DNA from: Candidatus Bathyarchaeia archaeon
Lineage (GTDB): Archaea > Thermoproteota > Bathyarchaeia > Bathyarchaeales > Bathyarchaeaceae
Length of the DNA stretch: 64,000 bases
NCBI GenBank assembly: GCA_041653695.1
Contig: JBAZEV010000001.1
Span: forward strand, 9,737-73,736
Reading direction: 5' to 3'
This document shows positions 10,219 through 19,084 of the stretch, piece after piece; within the stretch, counting starts at the first letter, position 1; each line of letters starts with the position of its first letter. The notes beneath the pieces are model-generated. The model did not search any database. It saw nothing but the letters and a program-made list of their open reading frames with translations, and was not told where the DNA came from. The translations under genes were made by a program, and so were the position numbers.

Positions 10219-10300
10219 CTAAATACAATTTAATACTTTTGACGTATTTTGTACCACTTGTATACTTGCTTCTTTTATAGCGCGTTACCTTCTGAATCTG

Positions 10301-10729
10301 ATGCCGGTGCCTAACATGTGTGAAGGCTGCCAAATTCAAGTGCTTCTCGTAGATGATGATGTAGACCTACTTGTTACTGCGCAAGAAATTCTGAACATGC
10401 ATGGCACATACTTAATCGATTTTGCTTCTTCGGCTGAAAACGCGATGGAACAACTGAGCACCAAAGAATATGACGTTATAGTATGCGACATTCAAATGCC
10501 GGTCACAAACGGATTCGAGTTCCTAAAAAACCTTAGAGCCAACGGCAACAAAATCCCGTTTATTGTGTTCACCGTAACAGACGACAGACAAACCGCAATC
10601 AAAGCCTTCAGTTATGGCGCAAACGGGTTCGTTGGAAAATATGGGATACCAAAGGATGTTTATTCCACGTTGCAAAAATGCATCGATGATGTTGTGAAAA
10701 AATCCAAAGATAACGATAAAAAAATATGA
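10301..10729 (+). CDS. Stand-alone response regulator receiver (CheY-like)
   Basis: VLLVDDD..YDVIVCDIQMP..GFEFLK..IPFIVFT..K(A) shows the canonical acidic pocket, phospho-acceptor Asp, T and K. There is no output domain and no histidine kinase in the window. Confidence 0.85.
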   Translation: MPVPNMCEGCQIQVLLVDDDVDLLVTAQEILNMHGTYLIDFASSAENAMEQLSTKEYDVIVCDIQMPVTNGFEFLKNLRANGNKIPFIVFTVTDDRQTAIKAFSYGANGFVGKYGIPKDVYSTLQKCIDDVVKKSKDNDKKI

Positions 10730-10749
10730 AAAATTGCTTGTGATGATTT

Positions 10750-11079
10750 ATGGTTAGCGAGATTGTAGATAAAATGCGTAAACAAGCCATCAAATCAGTA
10801 ATGGATATACTGATGTTGTATGAAATCAAGAACGGGCCTATCAGCGGTTACGACGCAATGGTTTTCATTAACAACAAATTCGAAGTTTTCATCAGCTCTG
10901 GAACCATATACTCACACCTGTATGCTTTAGAACGAAACGAACTGGTCAAAGGCGTAACAATTGAAGGCAAACGTATTTACGAGTTAACCGCAAAAGGTGA
11001 AAAAACCCTCAAAAACTTAACTAAATCTAACCTTGACCTTCTAAATTCTTTGAAAAACATGTCAAAAACAGAAGAGTAG
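10750..11079 (+). CDS. PadR-family transcriptional regulator
   Basis: ILMLYEIKNGPISGYDAMVFINNKF..SSGTIYSHLYALERNELVKG..GKRIYELTAKGEK is the PadR wHTH signature. Confidence 0.8.
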   Translation: MVSEIVDKMRKQAIKSVMDILMLYEIKNGPISGYDAMVFINNKFEVFISSGTIYSHLYALERNELVKGVTIEGKRIYELTAKGEKTLKNLTKSNLDLLNSLKNMSKTEE

Positions 11080-11160
11080 CTTTTATTCTACAGCTTACTG
11101 AGTCGACCAAAGATTTAATCTAGCTCTTATAACCAAACTTTCAACTGTGAGGTAAACAAA

Positions 11161-11859
11161 GTGAATCTTACAGAAAATCTAACTAAATCATTCGATTACA
11201 CAAAGCTACTGTTTAACGACCTTGGTCGACTCGTGCTACTTGCAATTCTCGACGTAATTCCGATAGTAAACTTCATCGTTTTAGGCTACATAGGAAACAT
11301 AATGAAACAACCCAAAGACTCTAACCAGTTACCGCCGCTGGAAAACTACGGCGAATTATTCATACAAGGACTCAAAATCATTGTTGCCTGTGTCATACTA
11401 ATGATAGTTCCGCTTGTTTTAGCTGCTTCAGCATTGATCACACTGGTGATTTCGATGATTGGTCTTGGTTACTCATTTACTCCGTTCATTGGATTAGGTT
11501 TATCCATTCCACTGTTGTATCTTGGGGTTGCATTAGCATTTTTCATTGCACTTATTCTGGCGATGTCCATCGTTAGTATGCTTAAAACAGGAGACTTCGG
11601 CAAAGCATTCGCCTTCAGCGAAGCAATGGCGATTATCAACAAAATCGGATGGGGAACATACATCATCTGGTTATTAATACTGTTCATCGGCGCAGGCATA
11701 GTTTCAGCTATAGTCGGAAACATTCCAGTAATCGGTTGGATTCTGGGAATGCTAGTTGCCCCCATAATCGGAGTTTTCATAGCACGCTCAGTATCGTTGA
11801 CCTACCTAGAAGGAACAGAAACCCAAACCCCCGAACCAGCACCTGCAGAACAAGCATAA
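11161..11859 (+). CDS. Polytopic membrane protein (DUF4013-like)
   Basis: The N-terminus ..FDYTKLLFNDLGRLVLLAILDVIPIVNFIVLGY plus multiple TM helices resembles the DUF4013 family, recalled from memory. Lies downstream of PadR. Confidence 0.6.
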   Translation: MNLTENLTKSFDYTKLLFNDLGRLVLLAILDVIPIVNFIVLGYIGNIMKQPKDSNQLPPLENYGELFIQGLKIIVACVILMIVPLVLAASALITLVISMIGLGYSFTPFIGLGLSIPLLYLGVALAFFIALILAMSIVSMLKTGDFGKAFAFSEAMAIINKIGWGTYIIWLLILFIGAGIVSAIVGNIPVIGWILGMLVAPIIGVFIARSVSLTYLEGTETQTPEPAPAEQA

Positions 11860-12127
11860 ACCCAAAACAAACAATCCTCCCCCCACCCCATTTTTCTTTT
11901 TACATTATTTAAACAACATAACTGTTTAGTGGCAACCAGTTGCCATTTCATGTTCACCTACTGTTGCATCTTTAAGCATGCAAAACAAGAAAACATCCCC
12001 GAAAAATATTAAATATAATATTACTGGAAAGTGTTTTTGCAAATCTGGCATCAATTACTTTGGTTAGGGTTGTGAACATGTTGTATGCTTTAATAGTATC
12101 TGAAACGGTTGCTCGGAGACCAAATCG

Positions 12128-12934
12128 TTGACTAAAACAAAACCAACCACAGGCTACTCCGAGAACGGTCTTCCATATTTTTGTCTTGGAACTGCTCAGC
12201 GTGTTCTGGTGGTGTTCAATGGCTTGGATTTTGAAAATAAACCGCCGTCTGGACTGCAACTCAGGTGGACTGCAGCAGATTACAAACAGTTTGCCAAACA
12301 GTACACTGTTTACTCTGTGGGCAGAAAACCTGACCTACCCGTTGGGTATTCAACTCGGGACATGGCAAACGATTACGCAACGATGATACAAAACCAGTTC
12401 AGCGAACCCGTTGACATATTGGGGCTTTCCACTGGCGGCACAATCGCGCAGTATTTTGCCCTTGACCACCCAGAACTTGTACGACGTTTGGTTCTTGCCA
12501 GCACAGGCTATAAGCTTAGTGAAAACGGGAAAAAACTGCAACTGTTTGTTGGTGAAATGGCGCGTCAGCGCAAATGGAGAAAAGCGTTTCCTGCAATACT
12601 TGATGGTTTGTATCCTAAGGGCGGACTCAAAAAACGGTTTTTCAAGTTGATGATGTGGCTTACAGCAACGTTTGGTGCACCTAAAGACCCCTCAGACCTA
12701 GTAGTAACCATCGAAGCAGAGGACAACCATAACTTCCAGAACATGCTGCCAAAAATCAAGGTGCCTACACTGGTAATTGGGGGCGAAGACGACTACTTTT
12801 ACCCAATCACTGAAACCGCTGCGGCTATCCCCAACGCAAAACTGGTTCTTTACACGAACTTTGGACACAGCGCCTGGATGGACAACCGCAAACAGTTCCA
12901 AAAGGATATTCTGGATTTTCTGAACCAAAAGTAA
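12128..12934 (+). CDS. Alpha/beta hydrolase
   Basis: Nucleophile elbow ILGLSTGGTIA, a late GGEDD and FGHSAW (His) complete a Ser-Asp-His triad layout. Confidence 0.8.
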   Translation: MTKTKPTTGYSENGLPYFCLGTAQRVLVVFNGLDFENKPPSGLQLRWTAADYKQFAKQYTVYSVGRKPDLPVGYSTRDMANDYATMIQNQFSEPVDILGLSTGGTIAQYFALDHPELVRRLVLASTGYKLSENGKKLQLFVGEMARQRKWRKAFPAILDGLYPKGGLKKRFFKLMMWLTATFGAPKDPSDLVVTIEAEDNHNFQNMLPKIKVPTLVIGGEDDYFYPITETAAAIPNAKLVLYTNFGHSAWMDNRKQFQKDILDFLNQK

Positions 12935-13015
12935 TAAACAGCGTGTCTAGACCATTTAACCACTGGTGTTGTTTTGTTTGGTCCAAATTGTTTTTAACAC
13001 ATAATATAACAAAAT

Positions 13016-13453
13016 ATGGGTGAAAAAATGGACAAACCTGACACAAAAAATCAAGCACTTGGGGCACTTACAGGAAATGGTAAAGCTTTAGTCGTAACGT
13101 TGCTTTTCCGATTGCTTTTCGGCGGATACGTTATGGGTATGGATCAATACCGCTTTAATGACCTTGAAAGCGCGTTGACTGTACTGGTGATATATGTGTT
13201 GATGGCCGTTTTTGTGTCACTGTTTTTGTTAGGTAAACGATACGGGCTCATCGGCATAATCGGATTGGAAAGCGTTTTTCTTGTATTTAATTCGGTGTTC
13301 CTTTTCTTGGCTTTAGGACAAATTGCAGATGCTGGTATGCATGACCCTCTGGATAACTGGTGGGCTACCTTGTTGAGGTATATGTTCTCGATACTGACAC
13401 TTGTGTTCGCAATTAAAGCCAATAAACAAACCAAACAGGGAATTAATGCATGA
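13016..13453 (+). CDS. Small membrane protein (four hydrophobic helices)
   Basis: Hydrophobic segments throughout. The stop overlaps the start of the next gene (ATGA at 13450-13453). Confidence 0.5.
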   Translation: MGEKMDKPDTKNQALGALTGNGKALVVTLLFRLLFGGYVMGMDQYRFNDLESALTVLVIYVLMAVFVSLFLLGKRYGLIGIIGLESVFLVFNSVFLFLALGQIADAGMHDPLDNWWATLLRYMFSILTLVFAIKANKQTKQGINA

Positions 13454-14379
13454 AAATGAAAGCCGTTGTATACGAAAAATATGGTCCACCCGAGGTTCTT
13501 CAACTCAAAGAAGTAGAAAAACCCGCGCCCAACAATAATGAAGTTCTGATAAAAGTTTATGCAACAACAGCGCATCGGGGAGACTGCAGAATGCGCAGTT
13601 TCATTGTTCCTCGTGGAATGTGGCTTATGGCACGGTTTGCTCTTGGTATTCGAGGACCCCGAAAGAAGATACTGGGGATGGAGTTATCTGGAGAAATTGA
13701 AGCCGTAGGCAAAATCGTAAAACTGTTCAAGAAAGGTGACCAAGTTTTTGCATCAACATTCAGCTCTGGTTTTGGTGGTTACGCCCAGTACAAATGCATG
13801 CCTGAAGACGGCATAGTGGCAATAAAACCTGTAAACCTGACCTATGAGCAAGCCGCCGCCGGAATTGCCACCGGGTGTGTTACAGCATTGCAGTTTCTTA
13901 GAAAAGCAAACGTCCAGAATGGACAAAAAGTTCTCATTTACGGAGCTTCTGGGAGCGTAGGCACTTTTGCGGTTCAGCTTGCCAAATACTTTGGGGCCCA
14001 AGTTACGGGTGTGTGCAGTACCGCTAACCTAGAGTTGGTGAAGTCTCTGGGTGCCGAGACTGTGATTGATTACACCAAAGAGGATTTTACAAAAACCGAT
14101 GGGTGTTATGATTTTATCTTTGATGCTGTTGGGAAGCTCTCGAAATCTGACCGTAAAAAAGCTTTAACATCAAACGGTGTGTCTATGTCTGTCCACGATA
14201 AACTGGAAGGCGAAAAGGTTGAAAATTTAGTATATATTAAAGAGCTTATTGAAGCCGGAAAACTAAAACCCGTAGTAGACACAACCTATCCATTAGAACA
14301 AATTGTCCAAGCCCACAAGTATGTTGATAAAGGGCACAAAAAAGGAAACGTGGTAATAACTGTGAAACACAGTAAATGA
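13450..14379 (+). CDS. NAD(P)H-dependent oxidoreductase, MDR/quinone-reductase (zeta-crystallin) type
   Basis: [23 protein letters not shown]..., Rossmann motif [18 protein letters not shown]-terminal ..GHKKGNVVI. Confidence 0.85.
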   Translation: MKMKAVVYEKYGPPEVLQLKEVEKPAPNNNEVLIKVYATTAHRGDCRMRSFIVPRGMWLMARFALGIRGPRKKILGMELSGEIEAVGKIVKLFKKGDQVFASTFSSGFGGYAQYKCMPEDGIVAIKPVNLTYEQAAAGIATGCVTALQFLRKANVQNGQKVLIYGASGSVGTFAVQLAKYFGAQVTGVCSTANLELVKSLGAETVIDYTKEDFTKTDGCYDFIFDAVGKLSKSDRKKALTSNGVSMSVHDKLEGEKVENLVYIKELIEAGKLKPVVDTTYPLEQIVQAHKYVDKGHKKGNVVITVKHSK

Positions 14380-14380
14380 T

Positions 14381-14866
14381 GTGGATGGTGTTGTTATGTG
14401 TTCTATGTTGGTTTTGTTTTCGTATCATCACAAAAACACTGAAAAAATCGCTGAGGTCTTCGCACGAGTTCTTGATGCACAAATAAAAACTCCAAATCAA
14501 ATCAACCCTGAAACGCTTAATGAGTATCGTCTAATCGGTTTTGGTGCAGGCATAGACAGCGGAAAACACTACAAAGTTCTGCTTGACTTTGCTGAGGGGT
14601 TGCCGCAAGTCAATAACAAGAACGCATTCATTTTTTCAACCGCTGCATTAACAGGAGACGAAAAACGCTCCAAAGACCACTTAGCGCTTAGGGAAATACT
14701 GGAATCCAAAGGTTACAAAATAGTAGATGAATTTCAGTGTAAAGGCTTTAACACAAACAGTTTCCTGAAATTCTTTGGGGGCATAAGCAAGGGCAGACCA
14801 AACGCTGAAGACCTCCAACATGCCGAAGAGTTTGCATTAAACCTGAAGCAGAATCTGATTGTTTAA
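14381..14866 (+). CDS. Flavodoxin-like family protein
   Basis: MLVLFSYHHKNTEKIAEVFA..IGFGAGIDSGKHY..FIFSTA is a flavodoxin_5-like pattern. The start may be 14399 or 14408. Confidence 0.6.
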   Translation: MDGVVMCSMLVLFSYHHKNTEKIAEVFARVLDAQIKTPNQINPETLNEYRLIGFGAGIDSGKHYKVLLDFAEGLPQVNNKNAFIFSTAALTGDEKRSKDHLALREILESKGYKIVDEFQCKGFNTNSFLKFFGGISKGRPNAEDLQHAEEFALNLKQNLIV

Positions 14867-15425
14867 TCTCACCCATAACATGGTGACACACAAGTTGAAC
14901 AAAACAGATTCGTCAGAAAACTGGTATTCAAGAGGTAAAACAGAGGCAGATAAAGGCATCCCGCGCAACGAACGTGCAGTTGGGGTTGTAATCTTTGCTG
15001 TTAATTTTTTTGTGATGCTGTACTTTGTTGCCCATCAAGTGTGGTCAACAGGCTTTTTCACATCTGCCTTTGGCACAGTAGAAATGATTATGCTTTATGG
15101 GTACCTAGTTGCTTGGATGATTACCAGTGCCCTGGATGGAATCTTTGGTCAACGATTGCTTTCGCGTATCTTTGATGCATTTGGCGGGGTTCTGTTCATG
15201 GCAATTAGCTTAGTTTGGTTGTTAGCTGTTTTTCCGTTCGATTTTGCCTATTTCGCAAACGTTCTACCCGTATCAATCAGATTTGTGGTGCAGTTGATAT
15301 CCAACGACATTGCCCGCGTGATTATGGTTATTGGAACCATAGCATTTTTGGTTGCTTCTGTTTATTCTCCGATCGCCTACAAATTCGTAAACATCCAACG
15401 GTTCAAAAGAGAGCAAAAGCAGTAG
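14859..15425 (+). CDS. Membrane protein (four TM helices)
   Basis: Four long hydrophobic helices after a polar N-terminus. A likely start is ATG 14880. Confidence 0.5.
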   Translation: MFNLTHNMVTHKLNKTDSSENWYSRGKTEADKGIPRNERAVGVVIFAVNFFVMLYFVAHQVWSTGFFTSAFGTVEMIMLYGYLVAWMITSALDGIFGQRLLSRIFDAFGGVLFMAISLVWLLAVFPFDFAYFANVLPVSIRFVVQLISNDIARVIMVIGTIAFLVASVYSPIAYKFVNIQRFKREQKQ

Positions 15426-15527
15426 ATTCATCGAATATACAAAAAAAGGAAAACAGCTCTTCCCTGATGAAACAAAAAAGCCCCAATAGGGGTTATTTGT
15501 CCGCAGTTATGGTGCGGTCTAAGACAA

Positions 15528-16058
15528 CTAGTGCGTCGTTTGGGCCAACAAGCCCTCCACGCTTACAACGCCTTGTGCTAAGACTTGGTCGGTGGACATT
15601 GTTTTCCAGACCGTTTTTAGCATATCTGAAAAACTAGCCCCGTTAGGTATCTGTGTAATCAGTCCTTTGCTTTTGGCTATCGCAACCAGTTGCCTTGTGA
15701 TTCGTTGTGCTTCGCCGACTCTTTCCGCATCCTTTTGGATTATATTCGTAACGATGTCTACTGCTTGACTGATTGAGTGGGTGGCGGTTGCTTCTCGTAG
15801 TTTTCGTTTAGTTATGGTTCCTTTAACATTGATTCCCGCGGGTATGTTTCCTTGGTCTGTAGAAATCAGGTTTCCACGTAACGAGGCAATGTTTGCTGAA
15901 ACCGGGAGGTTGTTGTTTTTCAGGGCTGTTTCCAGTTCTGTTAACCACCGTTTTACTGCTGGAACAAAATTTGGGTCATGTTGTTCACTGAGTTCAACGA
16001 TGTTTGGTACGCGCAAAAGAAGGTTCTGGATTTCTTCCAGGTTAGCGATGCGCAGCAT
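15528..16058 (-). CDS. Hypothetical helical protein, third gene of the unknown operon
   Basis: 176-aa ORF starting 7 nt after the upstream stop. Helix-type composition; no TM segment, signal peptide or known motif. Confidence 0.6.
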   Translation of the reverse strand: MLRIANLEEIQNLLLRVPNIVELSEQHDPNFVPAVKRWLTELETALKNNNLPVSANIASLRGNLISTDQGNIPAGINVKGTITKRKLREATATHSISQAVDIVTNIIQKDAERVGEAQRITRQLVAIAKSKGLITQIPNGASFSDMLKTVWKTMSTDQVLAQGVVSVEGLLAQTTH

Positions 16059-16065
16059 GGTTGGT

Positions 16066-16752
16066 CTACTCGATTACTAGGCGGTCTTCTTTTTTGCCGT
16101 CTGTGTCTATGGTTGTCCATTCAAATGCTTCTTCGGTTATCTTCAGGTGGATTTTGGTGATAACCTCGTTTGGTCCTGCTTCACGGATTTCTGAGGTGTT
16201 CACCAGAACCTGAAGCCTTGTTGGCGGTTTACGAAGATTCTGGAACTCTACACGTGCTAGTTCACTGATTTTCTCTTCCAGACTTGCTTGGGTCTTTGCG
16301 TCCAGTTTAGTTGAAGAAACCACTGTTTTAGAGGCTGTGCTGGCTAACTCGTTGGCTACGCGGTTAACGTCAACTGCGATTTCTGCGGGTTGAGCCAACG
16401 TAACAACTTTTTTGTCCAACGCCGTTTTCAGGGATTTAGTTTGTTCTGGGGTTAAACGTATACGTTCCTCGTTAAGCGAAGTAGCCAATACTTTATCGAA
16501 AACTACCCGCGTTTCAGCCAGAGTCGGCGTACCCCGTGGAGCCTTTTCTGTTTGGGGCTCTTCCATGGTTTTAACTGCAACTGGAACATCCAACTCGACT
16601 GTTGGCAACCGAAAATGTGGAATTGGCATGTTGCGTAACAGGGGATGGCTTGAATACAGTTCTGCCACTCTTACTGCTTCGATGTCTGCTTGCATGCGTG
16701 CAATGGTTATCTCCGCAATCAGGTGGCCCAAATAATCACCAAGATTTGGCAA
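16066..16752 (-). CDS. Hypothetical protein, paralogue B of the MPNxG...PIPxFR pair (DUF2589-like?)
   Basis: TTG start preceded by AGGAGG. MPNLGDYLGHLIAEITIARMQADIEAVRVAELY...NMPIPHFRLPTVELDVPVAV aligns by eye with the upstream gene product. Confidence 0.6.
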   Translation of the reverse strand: MPNLGDYLGHLIAEITIARMQADIEAVRVAELYSSHPLLRNMPIPHFRLPTVELDVPVAVKTMEEPQTEKAPRGTPTLAETRVVFDKVLATSLNEERIRLTPEQTKSLKTALDKKVVTLAQPAEIAVDVNRVANELASTASKTVVSSTKLDAKTQASLEEKISELARVEFQNLRKPPTRLQVLVNTSEIREAGPNEVITKIHLKITEEAFEWTTIDTDGKKEDRLVIE

Positions 16753-16809
16753 ATTTTTTTCCTCCTAAACAAAAAAGAAAAAAGGTGGTGGGTTTTAAAC
16801 GGTTGAAGT

Positions 16810-17466
16810 TTATGCGCTTGCGGCTGGTGTTGATGTTATCGCGCCTTCAAGGATGCTTAACATCTTCTCCATTCCAGCGGGCATTTCGTCCTGAACCGCT
16901 TTTACGTGTATAGCTAAGGAGTATGTTCTGTTAACCGTGTTGCCTTGTTGGGTTGTTCGCTGAAAAGAAGTTGAGACCTTCAGTTTGGCTGACCCGAATA
17001 ACCATCCGGCTTTTGCTTCTACTGACGCGTCTACTTTGAGGTTTGTGTCTGTTTTTCGGTATGATACTGAATTGATTTTTGCGTTGAAATCCACTGTGGT
17101 TTCTTCAATTCGAATGAACGGAATCGGCAAAAGCGTAAGTATTGGAACTTGAAGCTGCTGAGTTTCATAAACTGCAGGCACTGCTGCGGTTGCTGGAATT
17201 GGTGGTGTTGCAGATGGGTCTCCGGTTGTTGCGGGTTGATATGGGCTGAGTTCTTTTGGGTACTTGAATGTAACATAGATTGGTTCTTCAGTTGCGGTGT
17301 CGTCTCCGGCGTTTGCTTCAGTTTTTGGTTTTTTAAATCCCACTTCTTTGATGAAGTTCACGGTTGACATTGCGGCTTGTGCTTGTGCGTTAATTACTGC
17401 TACCAGTGGACCGCCTATCATAGATTCAAAATCTATGCTTGATAATTCTTGACCAGGGTTTGGCAT
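16810..17466 (-). CDS. Hypothetical protein, paralogue A of the MPNxG...PIPxFR pair (DUF2589-like?)
   Basis: ATG preceded by GGTGA. MPNPGQELSSIDFESMIGGPLVAVINAQAQAAMSTVNFIKEVGF, then a P/T/A-rich linker, then LLPIPFIRIEETTVDFNAKI and a beta-rich C-terminal half. Confidence 0.65.
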   Translation of the reverse strand: MPNPGQELSSIDFESMIGGPLVAVINAQAQAAMSTVNFIKEVGFKKPKTEANAGDDTATEEPIYVTFKYPKELSPYQPATTGDPSATPPIPATAAVPAVYETQQLQVPILTLLPIPFIRIEETTVDFNAKINSVSYRKTDTNLKVDASVEAKAGWLFGSAKLKVSTSFQRTTQQGNTVNRTYSLAIHVKAVQDEMPAGMEKMLSILEGAITSTPAASA

Positions 17467-17481
17467 TTATTCACCTAATAC

Positions 17482-17520
17482 TTATCGTGAATCTTGATTA
17501 TTAATAAGGATTATCGTGCA
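17482..17520 (-). promoter_or_regulatory. Putative promoter of the unknown operon: TATA-like TTATTAATAA flanked by two CACGATAA boxes
   Basis: In the minus-strand sense: tgCACGATAAtccTTATTAATAAtcaagatTCACGATAAgtattaGGTGAataaATG. A third related box (CACACGATTA) lies at 17622-17632. Confidence 0.4.
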
Positions 17521-17713
17521 TGTGTTGTACATAAATACACATTAAGTAAAATGTTTTAACATCTAATGTTGTATATTTTTAACGAAAAATTATCCATGTA
17601 AAAGTTTCGCTAATCATACCCTAATCGTGTGAATTAAACTCTGAACTGTCTTTCAGTCATCATTTACTGCGGAAAAATGGCAACTGTATAACATGATGTA
17701 TTGTTACTCTTTA

Positions 17714-17736
17714 TTAGTCAAGGTTTATTGACAAAA
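17714..17736 (+). promoter_or_regulatory. Copy of the palindromic TTAGTCAAG-N5-TTGACAAAA operator, followed by an A/T-rich TATA-like stretch
   Basis: TTAGTCAAGGTTTATTGACAAAA is nearly identical to 28104-26. Only a 12-codon ORF (ATG 17780) follows it at the same spacing. Confidence 0.45.
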
Positions 17737-18012
17737 CGCTTTTCAACAATAATAATACAAAAAGCTAACCGTGCAAATAATGGACAAAAAACTTGATTTC
17801 TACAACTCCTTCTGTTGAGTGCATATTATATTGCTGAAGACCGTTTTGAGCATTTGGACCGACTAACTGTTTTTGGGGTGGTTTGGTTCATATGCTTTTA
17901 GATTGGAAAGCTATTAGCATCAGAAGTTAACTTGTTAATGTTGCAGTTGCAAAGGGGTTTTGTTGTCTCTTTTTTATAATTTTTTGACAAAAAAAGGGGT
18001 GATGTGAGTAAT

Positions 18013-19071
18013 TTACTTATTTTTTCTCTTTTTGATGATTGCAGTTACTGCCACTCCGATGATTGCTATGGTTGTCAGCAATAGCACGATTTGTGTGGGT
18101 TGTAATGATTGTGGTGTTGTGTCTTCGTTTTCGGGAATCGTGTCTGTTCCTTCAGAGCCTCCAACTGCAAGTGTGTTGCATTTGAATACTTCGCCGGAAT
18201 CTGCCCAAACTCCAACTGAAAGAGCCCAAACGTTCCCTTTTGATTCGGCTAACGTTAATTGTACATTCCAGTATGGATACAATGCTTCGTCGCCTTTTGT
18301 TGACGTTTTTAGTTCTACAGTTGTTTTTTCTTCATCTACGTTAAATCCGCTGATTTGAACGTATTCTGGGTTATCAATTGAACCAGTAACACTAGTGTAT
18401 GAGTAGTCTTTGATGTACTCCATTGCCGCGTTGATTGCTTGTTCTGCTGAAATGTTTACATCAGTTTTTCCAATGGTGAATAATCCTCGGTTATCTCGCA
18501 TGGCATAAAAATATCCATTTCTGAATGTTATTCCTAACTTGGTATACTCTGCGTCATCTATCGTGTTCGTCCAACTAAATGATGTGTCAAACTGGTTTGT
18601 TGATACTTCCAGTTTGATGTTTCCTTGTGTTATTGTCATGTTTTGCGTTTCATCAATTTGTGTTAATAATTTTATCATTTCTAACAAGCTTTCATTGTTG
18701 TATCTTTGGTATTTTTCAAGAAAATCTTGTGCGGCGTCTGCAAACTTATTGAATGTTCTAGTGCAAATAGGTGTTCCTGTTTGTATGTTTACTATGCAGC
18801 CTGTCAAAACGTTGCCTGTAAATACGCATGTTGGTGCTATTACGCTTTCGTCAGCGGTACAGTTGTATTGTATAGTCGTAATATTTGATTCAACGAAGTG
18901 TTTTGAGATGCTTATTTCATATTTAGAACTGTCAAATGGCAAAACGTTCTCTATGAACGCTAATGTTCTGTTTTGTGCTTCAACTGCTTCTGAGGATACT
19001 AAAGCTAACTGTCCAGTGAGTATGAAACTAGTTATGATGCAAATGGCAAAAATGTTTTTTTTGTTTTTCAT
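18013..19071 (-). CDS. Cell-surface protein (signal peptide, C-terminal TM plus KKRKNK anchor)
   Basis: MKNKKNIFAICIITSFILTGQLALVSS.. is the signal. Many N-x-T/S sequons. The C-terminus is ..PTQIVLLLTTIAIIGVAVTAIIKKRKNK. Confidence 0.65.
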   Translation of the reverse strand: MKNKKNIFAICIITSFILTGQLALVSSEAVEAQNRTLAFIENVLPFDSSKYEISISKHFVESNITTIQYNCTADESVIAPTCVFTGNVLTGCIVNIQTGTPICTRTFNKFADAAQDFLEKYQRYNNESLLEMIKLLTQIDETQNMTITQGNIKLEVSTNQFDTSFSWTNTIDDAEYTKLGITFRNGYFYAMRDNRGLFTIGKTDVNISAEQAINAAMEYIKDYSYTSVTGSIDNPEYVQISGFNVDEEKTTVELKTSTKGDEALYPYWNVQLTLAESKGNVWALSVGVWADSGEVFKCNTLAVGGSEGTDTIPENEDTTPQSLQPTQIVLLLTTIAIIGVAVTAIIKKRKNK

Positions 19072-19084
19072 TTTTTAGCCTCCT

